From Macrostomum lignano (lineage: Eukaryota), in assembly GCA_002269645.1 (NCBI GenBank), contig NIVC01002604.1:93381-157380 (forward strand): a stretch of 64,000 nucleotides of DNA. The letters run 5' to 3'. The notes beneath the pieces were generated by a model, which was given only the letters and a program-made list of their open reading frames with translations, had not been told where the DNA came from and ran no database searches. A program made the translations under genes and the position numbers. Shown piece by piece: positions 13,177-26,411 of this stretch. The first letter of the stretch is position 1, and every line of letters starts with the position of its first letter.

Positions 13177-13675
13177 TCACGCTTGTTGGTCTTGCTGCTG
13201 CTGCTGTTGCTGCTGCTGCGCGTCCAGGTTAATTCTATGCACGTGTATTTGACCAGTTTGCCTGGGCGGCCGAGCTGACCAGGAGGCGAAGAAGGCAGCA
13301 AAAAACAGTAGGGTAACGGCGCCAAGTGCCATAGTTGACATGAAGTTAAAATAGGCTTTGTAGCAGACCCGGCAGTACCAGATAATACCAAGGATGCCGC
13401 CAAATAGTGGAAACATGTAGCTACCAATGTCGCCCTGACCTTCCAATGGTCCGACGCCGTCGCCTTCTGCTGCACCGCCGCCACCACCAGAGGCAGCAGC
13501 AGCTCCGGACTCCTCGTTGGCACTCGTATTTCGTTCGGTGATGAGACAATGAATGGTGGCCTCCTCGGGTATGGCGTAGCTGGCCAAGGTACAATCTGTG
13601 CCCTCTTTGAGCTCGCGACCGTTGTAGATGAGACGAATGTTCATATTGCGCGACATTTCTACTTGGAAGTGCTTC
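13177..13675 (-). CDS. TMUB: Transmembrane and ubiquitin-like domain protein, exon 2 of 2
   Basis: ttccag acceptor; UBL continues (RLIYNGRELK...TLASYAI...TIHCLIT); two C-terminal TM helices with the IWYCR..Y...F motif typical of TMUB1/2. Confidence 0.88.
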
Positions 13676-13919
13676 CTGGAATGGGATATATAGGTGTTAA
13701 TAAATATATTATTTTCATATTGCAGGATCTTTAGGATGACATGAACGATATCGGATTCCATGCAGACAAGTGTTTTAAGCAAGGAACAAGGACTCAAATT
13801 GTTGCTATCAGAAAGCATATTTTCAACGGAATAATACCTAGGTCATTAGTACATCGTACCTTAATGTAAACTCCTAAAAATCAAACATCAATCCAAAACT
13901 TCACCAACTAGCGACTAAC

Positions 13920-14926
13920 CGTTTAAAATTTGCAATAGACTCGTTCGGCAAGGCTACAACCGTACGCAGATCGTCGTTAAAGTATTTCAATCTGAGTAGC
14001 AGACTGCCCGGTGGTCGGCTCGAAGATGCAGTCGCCGACGATGTTGGCGCAGCGGCGGACGCTGCATCAACGGTGGCAGCAGGAGCTGCGGACAGCATCG
14101 CGGAAGACGATTCGAAAATCGATGATGAAGCAGCTTCGCTTCCAACGGCAACAGCTGATGCCGGAGTATCAGATGCAGAGACAGGAGAAGCGGCCGCGCC
14201 AGTTCCAGCCCCAGAAGTTGAGGCAACGCTGGCGCTGGCATCAGAGTCAGCCGGCTGGGTCAGCAGGCAATTAAAATACTTTAATCGTCGATTTCGCAGT
14301 TCCGAATCGTTCTTAGCCTCCATAACCTGGGTGTACTCGTTAAGCACGTCCTCGACGCGTTCGCGCATCTCTGGGTCAAGGTCGCCGTCTGATTCCAGCA
14401 CGTCAACATCATAGGCGGCCAGATCGGTGGTGACCGCAGCGGCTGCAGCTGGAGTATCAATGGCGGTGGTGTCGCCAGCATCAGCTGCAGCGTCTGGCAC
14501 TGTCGCAGGCTCCGTCGCGGTGCGAGCAGTGTCAGAGGGTGGCGTCGCGATGCGAGCAGTGTCAGAGGATGGCGACGCACTGCTAGACGGAGTTTCAGTT
14601 GTTGCTGTTGAAGCGCTCGGAGCTTCAGCAGCAGCTGTTGGAATAGGAGCCGGACCAGTGATTGCTGCGGGAGGCAGCGGCGCGGTCGCTACCTGCTGCG
14701 GTTGCTGCTGCTGCTCGCCAGGTCTGTAGCGGCCAAAATTTTCAAACACGAACACAGCAATAGGTCGCATATCCTGCGGCACGTACGTTGATAGCCAAGC
14801 AGCCACAAGGATTAGGCCAGCAAGCAGGATGAAGAGGCAGACGACAACCTCAGAGCCGATGCCTTCTACGAAGGCACTACCAGCTGTCGCTGCCGTGTTG
14901 GCTGAGGCACCAGATGGGTCTGCCAT
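13920..14926 (-). CDS. TMUB: Transmembrane and ubiquitin-like domain protein, exon 1 of 2
   Basis: N-terminal EGIG.EV plus TM helix, Ala/Ser-rich linker, start of UBL (LRLKYFNDDLR...IANFKR). GTTAGT donor at 13919, phase 2. Confidence 0.85.
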
Positions 14927-16600
14927 TCTACTGCTTGGTACTGCTGCTTTTGTTAAACAAAGGATGACTTTCTGTCATGAAAGATACAATTAGTGCGATT
15001 ATCTTTATATTTCTCTGTTGATCTTAAACTGGTGATAAACTGGTGATTAGCATTTCAGTATTCTAAATCTTTAATCTATATCTAAAAAGTATATCTTAAG
15101 AAGCCAAGAATAAAGACAAAATTTTATCAACAATGACAGATAGACCAAACAAAGGGGCAAGTTTCAATGTTTCCAGGCTGTGTATTTGCAAATAAAAAGA
15201 CATTTAAATTGATCTGCATAGCGGACGACTAGCTTTTTTTTGGTCTTGTCAAAAATATGAAAATCTATTAATTAATATAAACGAGCAAAATGACACACTA
15301 ATCAAGCATGAAAGTGCCCTGCGCTCTGGAGTCTGAATATGTTGAATAATACAAAACTGTTGAACTGTGTGAAGAGAAGAAAGCTTGAATGAATAAACGT
15401 GAGAAACACCTCAACTATGTGAAACTCCGGACTCATGAACGAGTTCTTCATGAACGAGATTTCTTAACTTTCCAATATCACAGGCATGAAACAAAATAGA
15501 AGATATTGAAAGCTTATTTTGTGCAAAGCAAATACAATGACTATGATGTGTCTTTAAGGACTACGGTGCACTTGTGTAAACCAGTAAACCAGTAAAAAAA
15601 CAATTAGAGAATAAATATAGAAGCAAGCTCTTTGTGTGTACAATATTCAACCAATATATTAAACATCTGATTCTAAGACTAATCTAAACAGTTCTTATCA
15701 GACTTAGGATACCGCTTTCAGGACTAAGGGATCTATATATGCTAGCTGAATAGATAAGCTAAAGGCTTAAAGCTAATAACAGTGGTGAATCAGATCTTTC
15801 TAACCCCACAATTTTTCAAGCCTAAGTATGAGTCATAGTCTGCCCTCGCCTCTCCTCTATCTTGCGCTTAAGCCCCTATAGCCCCGCGCAGGCGAGCAAA
15901 AGCCATGAGCTAAAAATAGAAAATGACTAATCAAGGCTATCTGACTAAGCGCCTCTTTACTATCCAAAACTATGAAAGCTAATGGCTAGTGGGCAGTTAG
16001 CTAATCACCTAATAATAAATATACCGCCCGAAGAAACACCAAACAGTGCAGCATTATATCATGTTTATTAAAAATAATAGAATGTTTTGTAATAGAAAAC
16101 GTTGAGATCAATTAATCACTTAATAAAATGGGCTTACCAAAGCAGTACATAATGGAATAATGTAATCATATGTTTCTTTAAAAATGTGTTACCCAAATGG
16201 TAAGGAAATCGATCAGAGTTATAGGTAAAGTTGCACAAGTATGCGTAATGCATCAATGCATGACTCAGCTGGATGACTCGGGGTGGCTTAATAAATTTTT
16301 GTTTTTGAATATACACAAAAATATCCGACCGTTGTTCTACTAATAGTAGGTAGATAGACTCAAAGTGAAAAAATGACAAACTTTCAATTAAACAAGTGTC
16401 ACTAAAAGCTATACCAAAATATCTTTCAGAGGTTTAACAGAGTTGATTGGAAACTTCTTTAAAATTGTTTAAACTATCCTTAGATTTGTACTTACAGTAG
16501 GAAGATACTTCAAGCAAGGTTTAAGTAGAATTTTAGAAAACTACACCACTCTTCTTTAATTACGAAAAGAAGACAGGTGTACGTATTAATTAGGAACAGC

Positions 16601-17243
16601 TTAAGCAACGTGTACAGCGGCCAGGAGGTCAGCCAGTTGGGCTTCCTCCGGCGTCCGGTTCAGCACGCTGCAGAAGTAGGCGGCAATATCGGCGTCGGCG
16701 TCGAGAGCGGCGCTCTCCAATAGGAACGGATGCTGCAACAATTGCCGGTATTTTGGCCGCTTCTTGACGTCTTTAGTTAGGCAGAGATTAGCAAAACTGC
16801 GGGCCTCCTCGGAGTAGCGAATATCGGTTAGCCTAGGTGGATCGCTCTTCACCACCTGTTCCAGCTGCTCAAACATTGTGCCCCACTGTCTATAGGGGAA
16901 GCGGCCGGTGCACAGTTCGTACAACGAGATGCCTAACGACCAGACGTCGCTGCGCACGTCGTAGCCTTCGGTCATGCGCTGATGATCGATTCGTTCTGGC
17001 GCCATGTAGGGCCGGCAGCCGGCGTCGCGGGTCTTGGCTATGCTGTCAACCAGCTTGCCGGCTATACCGAAGTCGCACAGCTTCACCCGGCCCCGCCTGT
17101 CAGCCAGGATGTTGCTGGGCTTCACGTCTCGGTGCATCATGCCTAGCTTCTCTTTAAGATAGTCCAGCGCCGAAACTGTTGCCAAAGCGATCCGAGCGAT
17201 TACAACCTCCGGGATGGCCTCGTGCAGATGGTGGTAGACAATT
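16601..17243 (-). CDS. MAP2K4: MAP kinase kinase 4, terminal exon (C-lobe)
   Basis: HRDVKPSN; DFGIAGKLVDSIAKTRDAGCRPYMAPERID (MKK4-type S-IAK-T activation loop); YDVRSDVWSLGI. tgcag acceptor restores the frame. Confidence 0.95.
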
Positions 17244-17662
17244 CTGCAGGTGGTGGTAGTTAATTGTAATTATAGGTAACAGGTAAGTAAACGTAATTTA
17301 ACAGATCTGGAATCATGTACTTATAGAAGACAAAACAAACTGTAAATCTACAGAATTCAGAAGTTTCAATCAACTTAGTTTTCCACTTAGGCAAAAGGTC
17401 TATTAATAAGAATGCTATACTAAACCAATCATAAAGTCTGCTCATATTAGCATCACTTTCATGACATCCTGAATTCGGACTCCGGAAACAAAATTAGCAC
17501 CCAGTCTCTGCACTGGATATAATTTAAATTAAGTTTCATATTTTGATAATTTAGCTTTTAATAATTGTAATAATAATTGGTTGGTATTCTTGGTATTTTT
17601 AAACTTTATCAATTTTTTAAATTTAAGTAATCTGTAGACATTGAGCCTCCAGACTTACTGCA

Positions 17663-17935
17663 GGAGGGGGTTGTAGCCTAGTGGTTAAGACCGTCAGAGC
17701 GTAGGACTCACAACTAGAAGGTCGGGGGTTCGATTACCAATCCCGGTCCTTGAGCAACTTAACTCTGCATTGCTTCAGTTCACCCAGCTGTAAAATGGGT
17801 GCCAGCATTTGCTGGGGTAATTGAGGTTGTGCGTAGCGACCCCCCCCCCTCAGTCCTTGGACTAAACAGCCGTACGCAGCCTTCAGATGTTACTGAACTG
17901 TCCGTTACATATCTGGCCCAATTATTATTATTATG
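17663..17935 (+). mobile_element. tRNA-derived SINE with CORE/Meta-like central domain
   Basis: A-box TAGCCTAGTGG, B-box GGTTCGATT, then GTCCTTGAGCAA-CTTAAC...CTTCAGTTCACCCAGCTGTAAAATGGG (similar to the CORE/MIR consensus), (TAT)n tail. Antisense in the last MAP2K4 intron. Confidence 0.75.
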
Positions 17936-18250
17936 CAGCTTCTGTAGGTTAGACAGGCTCAGAAATGTACAGGCCTACAGGGTAGGGTAGCGATGTTGAT
18001 ATTTTATTCGATTTTCAATTTATTTGACTAATGCCAGCTGACATCTTTGGCTTTCAATTCGATTCACAGGCAAGAATAATCACGCGGATATGTACTCAGG
18101 CACACGCTCACGTTATACATGTAGCGACTCTAACCATCTCATCGTGCCTCTTTGGGTGGGGTCAACATACTTTTGAGAGAGAAGCATTCATTACTATGAT
18201 TAGTGCGTTGTGGCAATTACAGGCGCAAAATTGCTCGAACAAAAACGAAC

Positions 18251-18761
18251 CTGTAGAACTTATCCAGACTAGTATCCATCAATTCCATGCAGATCCAGCA
18301 GTCGCCTTCCTTAAACAGTGCGCCATATGAGCGGGCTATAAATTCGCATTGACAATTGACAACTACATTCAATTCTAGCAGCATATTCTTCTGCTGCCGT
18401 TCGTCTACAGTTGATCGGATCCGTTTAACGGCCAGCACGACTCCGGTGGGGGTGTAGCGCATCCGGTTCACTGCGCCAAATGCGCCGCGGCCAATCTCGC
18501 CTAGATCTTCCAGATCGTCAACGCTAAACTGTCGCTCAGTGGCGTCGTCCGGCAATAATAACTTGCCAACCGCCGGCATCAACTGTTGATGCTGCTGCTG
18601 CTGCTGATTGTGCTGATTGTGCTGGCCAAGGACTACTGAGGGCCGGCCGATGCCCCCGACAGCCAGTTCTAGGCGTGGCCGGGGCCGCACTCGCTCCATG
18701 CCGGCTGTTAGCTGGCGCTGATTGCTGCTCTGCAATTGGCAATTCATCTGTTTTTTAGCCC
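18251..18761 (-). CDS. MAP2K4: MAP kinase kinase 4 (MKK4/SEK1), N-lobe exon
   Basis: D-site-like RPRPRLEL, GEIGRGAFGAV, LAVKRIRST, GALFKEGDCWICMELM. Donor AG|GTTCGT at 18250, phase 2. ATG at 18747 is an alternative start. Confidence 0.92.
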
Positions 18762-18772
18762 CTGGAACCTCA

Positions 18773-19765
18773 GTGAGTAAGGTGAGGCTTCTCAAAGTGA
18801 GTAAGGTGAAGATTCTCAAAGTGAGTAAGGTGAGGATTATCAAAGTGAGTAAGGTGAGGCTTCTCAAAGTGAGTCAAGTGAGGATTCTCAAAGTGGGTAG
18901 ATGAAGATTCTCAAAGTGATTAAAGTGAAGATTCGCTAAGTGAGTAAGGTGAAGATTCTTAAAGTGAGTAAGGTGAAGATTCTCAAAGTGATTAAGGTGA
19001 AGATTCTCAAAGTGAGTAAGGTGAGGATTCTCAAAGTGAGTAAGGTGAGGCTTCTCAAAGTGAGTCAAGTGAGGATTCTCAAAGTGGGTAGATGAAGATT
19101 CTCAAAGTGATTAAAGCGAAGATTCTAAAAGTGAGTAAGGTGAAGATTCTCAAAGTGAGTAAGGTGAGGATTATCAAAGTGAGTAAGGTGAGGCTTCTCA
19201 AAGTGAGTCAAGTGAGGATTCTCAAAGTGGGTAGATGAAGATTCTCAAAGTGATTAAAGTGAAGATTCTAAAAGTGAGTAAGGTGAAGATTCTCAAAGTG
19301 AGTAAGGTGAGGATTATCAAAGTGAGTAAGGTGAGGCTTCTCAAAGTGAGTCAAGTGAGGATTCTCAAAGTGGGTAGATGAAGATTCTCAAAGTGAGTAA
19401 GGTGAAGATTCTCAAAGTGAGTAAGGTGAAGATTCTTAAAGTGAGTAAGGTGAAGATTCTCAAAGTGATTAAGGTGAGGATTCTCAAAGTGAGTAGATGA
19501 AGATTCTCAAAGTGATTAAAGTGAAGATTCTAAAAGTGAGTAAGGTGAAGATTCTCAAAGTGAGTAAGGTGAGGCTTCTCAAAGTGAGTCAAGTGAGGAT
19601 TCTCAAAGTGGGTAAGATGAAGATTCTCAAAGTGAGTAAGGTGAAGATTCTTAAAGTGAGTAAGGTGAAGATTCTCAAAGTGATAAGGTGAGGATTCTCA
19701 AAGTGAGTAAGGTGAGGATTCTCAAAGTGAGTAAGGTGAGGATTCTCAAAGTCAGTAAGGTGAGC
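18773..19765. repeat. 24-bp minisatellite with about 143-bp higher-order repeat
   Basis: Unit AAAGTGAGTAAGGTGAAGATTCTC; variant GGCTTCTC recurs at 19049, 19192 and 19335. Confidence 0.95.
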
Positions 19766-21091
19766 TCTTCCACTGATTGTCTTAGCCAGGCTTCCTAGCA
19801 TATTGCAGCCATTATATCAAGTAATGATAAGACCAGTGCTGATAATGCTAATGATAAGAACACTTAGGAAAATAAAAAAACTGCATAAAGTTTGATGACA
19901 TTTAGGGATTTTTCATTCATGTATTTTCTGCAAATAATGCACATTTTTTAATATACATACTGTGTACAATTTATTAAGTTCCATTTCAGTGCAGCATATG
20001 CTTAACCAGTGTCTATAAATTGTCCTAAACAACCTTAATCACTCTTAAACAGTCTTCAGAATTACAATTAACTATTCAACATTAAACTACATTATATCAA
20101 AGTTGTTTGATAGTGACATGGTTTATACCAATTCAGCATATAACATTGCATTTTGTCATATTTTCATATTTACATACATATATAAGGCTGCTTATTAATA
20201 AAACATTTCCATATACTAGCTTGTAAAAATGAAAATCTTGCTTGTCCATATACTAAAAATGGTCTATTGGTATCTATCTATCTAGGTATGCGATTGATTT
20301 CAGAAAAAAACAATCTGATCTTTTTCAGCTTCAAAAAGAATAGCAGTCTTATTTATTCTTTAAAGCTTTATTATTCATACAAAGAAATATTAATAGAGTT
20401 TTGATCTTCATATAAAAAGAAATACAAGGCTTATACAATACAACAAATAATACTATTGATCATTTAAAAAAGCTTTATAGATTAAATTAATAAAATTGCA
20501 TTCAGAAAGAAAATTAAAAGGTAACTAAATCCTAGCAAAATTGTGGCAAACTGCAAGAATAACTGGCTGGCATTTTGCTTGCAAATGCTTATATTAGTGA
20601 TATAGTACTAGCTTATTTTTACAGGATTTTATGTTGGGAAAACAAAAGATGTATATACAACAGGGCCAAATAAAAGTGGCTAAAAAAATCAGCTATATAT
20701 AAACACTTGCTCAGTTATGATAAGTGTTAAATGAGTAAGCTAATTGATTTAGTTAACATTATAGACCATAAAAACTCTGACTTTAAACTGATCTATACTT
20801 GAAGCTTTGCAAATTAAGAAACTGAACCTTAATTTGAACATGCAACACATATACAGTAGTGTAGGCCATCTTCTAAAGGTGTTTTAAAGACTATATACAT
20901 ACTCAAACTGACTGTTAATCATGTCCAATTTTCAAAAATTGTCTATTTAATGTTGATTTAGTTTTATTTGCAAAAAAATTGTTGCTTAAAAATGGTTTAT
21001 GTTAATAGAAATATATTACAGATATAAAATATATCTTTTTCAATACTAATTAAAAGCTTTTGTTTATATCTTTTTAAATTAAAGCATATTA

Positions 21092-22826
21092 CAAGGGGTG
21101 TCCAAAAAGTAGTGGGACTTTTCAACATAGTTCATAGCTAGAGTCAGATACATAAATGGCATTGACATTTCATGAAAGCGGCTTTATCTATCTATGCAAT
21201 ACATTTTGAATTGTGTCAATATCCACTGGCATTCAAAAGTCATGAGCAATTTAGTGTAGTTCCCTAGGGAATAACCTACAGAAAATGTACACAATTTACA
21301 CAATGATGCCTACAGATATAGTAATGCATGTCTATGGGCTGAACACCAAAACTATGAATACATGCAGCATCATCAAAGCCAGGCGATACTAAGCTTTACA
21401 TTGACATCACAGCTCAGCCAGACATCTTGTCAACTTGCGCTTCTGAAGCAACAAAGTTTGTGCTAACATGTTGGACATCCACTCAAAAGAAGGGTAGCAC
21501 CATGCCATTTTTACTCTATGGAGCCTTTGACACAATAGATTGGATATTTTAAATAAACTGCAGCATATCCATGGACAGCATGCAGTAAGCAAGAGCATGG
21601 TTTACTGGTGGATTGAAGAGTTTGAAGCTGGTTGAACCAATGTGGCGGCATTGCCAAAATCTGGTTGGCTAAAGATATCTGCATCCAAGACTCTGAGCAA
21701 TCAAATTTTGGGCCTATTTGAAGACAATGCTTGCCTTATCATCAGGGAAATTGCTGACAGACTAGATATGCCAAAGTCCATAGTCCATCATTGCATCTGC
21801 AGCATGGATCTTGTCAAGCTCAGTGCCGTGGGTTCCGAGGCTTCTTACCCTGGAAATGAAAGCACAGCAACAGAACAAATGCAAGAGCAATCTCAGGTTT
21901 GTCGAAGAGCAAGGAAGGTGGGAGGCCTTTTGACAGCTCATTGTCACAGGTGTCGAAACCTGGCTGCCTCACTTCAACCCCACAACAAAAGAAGAGTCAA
22001 AGGTCTGGGCGATAAGGGGCTCCAACCCTCCAATCAAAGCTTGTCAAGAAGCTCATTGCCAGAAGCTGATGCTGCTGCTTTTATTTGATTGCCATGGCCC
22101 TCTGACTATCAACTTTCTAGAGCCAAACACAACTGTCAATGCAGATCACTACATCTTGTCTCTAAAGAAGCTCAAGGCTGACATCCACAATAAATGGTGC
22201 AGTGGAATCAAACCATCAGTGCTCCACCATGACAATGCCTGACTGCACATGCACACGGCCTCAAGGACAATGGAGGCAATTCAAGGCATGAAGCTCAAAC
22301 TCCTGCCTCACCCACCTTACTTGCCTGACTTGGCACTAGTGGACTTTGATCTTTTTTTCAAAACTGAAGGAGCTGCTACAAGGCAAAGTCTATGCCAATT
22401 GCCACTGCCTTGAAGAAGAGGTTTGATTTATCCTTGTTTATGCAATTCCCAAGGAGCAGTATGCACATGCAATTGATTCACTGCGTACTTGCTAGGAGAA
22501 GTGCATTAGCTGCAAAGGCAACTTCATAGAGAAGGTCTCCATCCCTGATGACAAGGACAGTTGAGTTTGTTGTTAAGAAGACTTTCAAAGGACTTGCATC
22601 TGATAGATTAGTTGTCATGCTTTGCTTTACAACTACCTTTTAAACGTTTCTATAAGTTGTACCCTGGGGAACTGCACTAAATTGCTCATAACTTTTGAAT
22701 GCCAGTAGATGTTAACATAAATCAATTTTTTGCATAGATAGATAAAGCCACTTTCATGAAATGTCAATGCCATTTATGTATCTGATTCTAGCTATGAACC
22801 AAGTTGAAAAGTCCCACTACTTTTTT
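21092..22826 (+). mobile_element. Decayed mariner (Tc1/mariner, D,D34D-like) copy 1 with about 200-bp TIRs
   Basis: TA|CAAGGGGTGTCCAAAAAG left end; about 190-bp inverted repeat at 22640-22826, with the outer end lost. Broken transposase with WVPR, IVTG.ETW, HHDNA, HPPY.PDLA..DF.LF. Confidence 0.9.
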
Positions 22827-23329
22827 AATGCCAATCATACTACAATTTTTATTTGCTCTTCAAATGATTTTTCTAGTTTTTTACTGCTTTAGCAATTCAA
22901 ATAATTTTTTGATATATTTTGTTTAACATAAATTTAGTAAAGTAAAAATTATTTGTCTTTTTGCTTGCAAGCATGTAAGATTAAGAAATGACTAACTGAC
23001 TATCCAATTTCTAATGTGCAATGTATCCATGCAAATGAAAAGTAAGAACTAAGAACTTATAAGAATGCAACAATAAGTATACTATTAGAGTATATATGAC
23101 AATAAAATTTATTGTAGTTTGTGCACTTTGCACTTGGTACCTAGACTATTTTTTATATTATTAATATTGTCTAGGACCTAGGTGTTTTGAAGCTGTCCTA
23201 TAAAGAATTATTGCCTACAAGCATTGATAAAGGAGCTTGGACAAAAATTGAAGTTAGTATTGGATATACAAATTTGCTGAAATTAACTTTTAGGCATGCT
23301 AAATAGATTTGTACAAGGACCTATATATA

Positions 23330-24240
23330 CAAAATCCTTTATGCTTGCTAGATAAAGCCTTTCTTAGATAGGGACTTCATCAATGAGTGCTTTGTTATTG
23401 TGGCAAACTCTGTTGGCAAACTCTGTCTATCTAGAATAGCATTCTGCTTTTGAGTATAAGCCTTTTATCATATATTATTTGATGGCACATTAAGATGTCA
23501 GACAATATGCATGGCCTACTAAAGACCTACTGCATTGATCTGGTTGCCTTCATCTTCACTCTTGATAAGAGCACTGATATAAAAGATATAGCCTAGCTGG
23601 CTATTTTTATCCATGGAGTCATTATTGACTCAAGGTTCATAAGAAGTTTCTATAGCTTGTCCCATTGCATGGCATTACCACTAGCAAAGAAATCTTTGAT
23701 GCTATGCTTAAGTGTGTCGAGCAGCACTCACTTGACCTTTTTTGCCTTGTGTGACAACCAATAATGTCCTAGCAATGACTAAGAAGAGGAAAGGTACTAT
23801 ATCATTGCTATCATTATAAGGCTGCCGGCTATATCTAGCTAATACAAAAGATGCATTGCATTATTTATCAAGAGGCCCTATGCATTAAGTCTGCCAAACT
23901 TTCTAATTTTACATTTATTATAATGAAAGTTGTCAACTCTATCCTTTCTAGTAGCCTTAACTATTGCCTACCAGGTCTACTTTTGCTAAGTCTACTAGCT
24001 AAGCTGTGGGGTAATGATTTCTTGCATATGTGACTTATAGCAGGAGATTGCCACATTTCTGCACTAGAAAATTCTGCCCCATGCAGACTGCTTTTCTGAC
24101 CCAAAATAGCTTGCTTGCCTAGCCTTGGTGACTGATATCATTGTACACCTAAATGTCTTCAATATAAAACTTAAAGGCTAGGAAATTCTCGTGAGGGACA
24201 TGCATATTCAGATCATTGCTATGGAACAGTGTACATCTAC
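23330..24240 (+). mobile_element. hAT (Charlie/SPIN/GTF2IRD2-like) transposase remnant
   Basis: Decayed motifs KPF..GDF..EC, D(K)STD.K..A*LAIF, TT(N)(N)V.AM (from TTDGAPAM), MHCIIYQEALC; many stops and frameshifts. Confidence 0.8.
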
Positions 24241-24625
24241 TCCTATCTCTCTCTTTTGCTCACTTAGTCTGGCACTATCATTGCCCTATACAAATATATA
24301 TAGCTAACTACTCACTTTAATAATTGATTTATTATACAATTAGTCATAGCAAGGGATCTAATGATTGTGATTTTTTGTGCATGATTGGAACTATAGTGTG
24401 TGTGAATTGTGCATGACTATGAATTTTTTATAACATACATTTTAATTTAAACACAGAACTATTAGTGTTAATACTACCAAGTTAAGTAATTCTATTGATT
24501 TTCAAGCTTTGTTTTATTATATTTATTGTTTGACTATTTTTTATTATATGGCTGTGTTATATATGGATTGATTTGTTGCAATTTTGGTTTGCTTTTCACA
24601 ATTGCTTCCTACCCTAGTCAATGTA

Positions 24626-26411
24626 CAAGGGGTTATCCAAAAAGTCTTAGGATTTTCTCATATCACTCTTTTTAGCAGTTAGCAAGAGCAATAACAACTG
24701 ATTTATTTCAAAGTGGCTTTACTTACAAATAACACAATGAAAGAATTTTGAAAATACCACTATCTTTTGTAAAAGTTATGCCTCCTTAATTGCAGTAAGG
24801 TACTGCATCTCAATACATGAACAGGAACTAGAACTAAACTACAATTTTGAAATCTCATAGAAATTAACAAAATTCAAACTTGTGCAAAAAATCTTTAGCA
24901 TATGCCACATCATCACTTTTGTCTTTCTATATCTATGGTATGAGTAAAAGTTTCATTTGCTTCTACTTGTGTGGCACTCTGAAACAGCCCTTGAAAGAGA
25001 CTCATTTTGAGATGCAGCTGAAGCCTTTGTTGCCAAGTGTTTGTCAAAATTTCTTCATAATCTGTGGATCATGGATATCTACTCAAAGACAACATAGCAT
25101 AATAGCATTGCTTGGCCTACACCCTTTGGCATATGAGGTTGAATGGTGCTGAAATTCTGACATAGCTAAGCACAATTCATGGGCCTGAAGCAGTATCTAG
25201 GAGCACAGTGTACTGCTAGATTGAAGAGTTTGAAGCTGGGTGTACAGATGTGGCTGATTTGCCAAGAACTGGATGATCTCCTACATCTGTTTCCAAAACT
25301 CTGGGAGATCAAATCCTAGACCTCATTGAAACTGATACTCAACTGACAATCTGTGAGATTGCTGATCAGTTGGACATACCAAAGTCAACTGTCTATCTCT
25401 GCATGCAAAACATTGATCTCGTCAAACTGAGTGCTTGGTGGGTTCCAAGGATTCTCACCCCTGACATGAAGATGCAGCAAGAGCAGACCTATCAAGGCAA
25501 TCTGACACTGGTTGATCAACATGGAGGATAGGGCTCTACCCATTTTCTGGTGGTCACTAGAGATGAAAAGTCCCCTACTTTGACCCTTTGACCAAGGAAG
25601 AGTCTAAGGTGTGGACAATGAAAGGTTCTGACCCCCTCACCAAGGCTTGATGTGAGACCCATTGCCAGAAAGTGATGCTGTTGCTCTTTTTTGACTGTCA
25701 TAGACCACTGACAATTGACTTCCTGGAGCCAAATGCCACTGTCAATTCTGACCATTACATTAATTTGCTGAAGAAGCTGAAGAAGGATATCCCAAACAAG
25801 TGGAGAACTCCAACAAATCCAATGCTCCTCCATTATGACAATGCTTAGCCCCACACTGCATAAAAGATGGTAAAAGCAAACAACAAAATCCAATTCAACC
25901 TCCTACCACATATACCATATTTGCTATACCAGCTGATTTTGCCATCTTTCCAAAACTCAAGCAGCTTCTAAGGGGCAGAGTTCATGCCAACCATGACTGT
26001 TCTTGAGCAGGAAGTGCAATGGGTTCTTGTCCACAAAATGCCAAGGTAGGCGTATGCAGATGTCATTGATGACATGCTTACCTGGTGGAAGAAATGCATC
26101 CAACTGAAGGGTGACTATGTTGAGGTCTCAGTTGCCACTGAGGAATACATTTGAACATTTTTGAAAGACAACTGACTTACTGTTTTCTAGTGCTCCATAT
26201 GCAGCATCCAAGTTCCTGTTCATGTATTGAGATGCAGTACCCCACTACAGTTAAGGAGGCATAACTTTTGAAAAGTTAGTGGTATTTTAAAAATTCTTTC
26301 ATTGCATTATTTTTAAGTAAAGCCACTATAAAATAAATCAGTTGCTATTACTCTTGCTGACTGTTAAAAGAGTGATGCTAGAGAGTCCTAAGACTTTTTG
26401 GACACCCCTTG
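24626..26411 (+). mobile_element. Decayed mariner copy 2, both about 210-bp TIRs and TA TSDs intact
   Basis: TA|CAAGGGGT...ACACCCCTTG|TA; transposase remnants WWVPR, HYDNA*PHTA, DFAIFPKLK. Confidence 0.92.
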
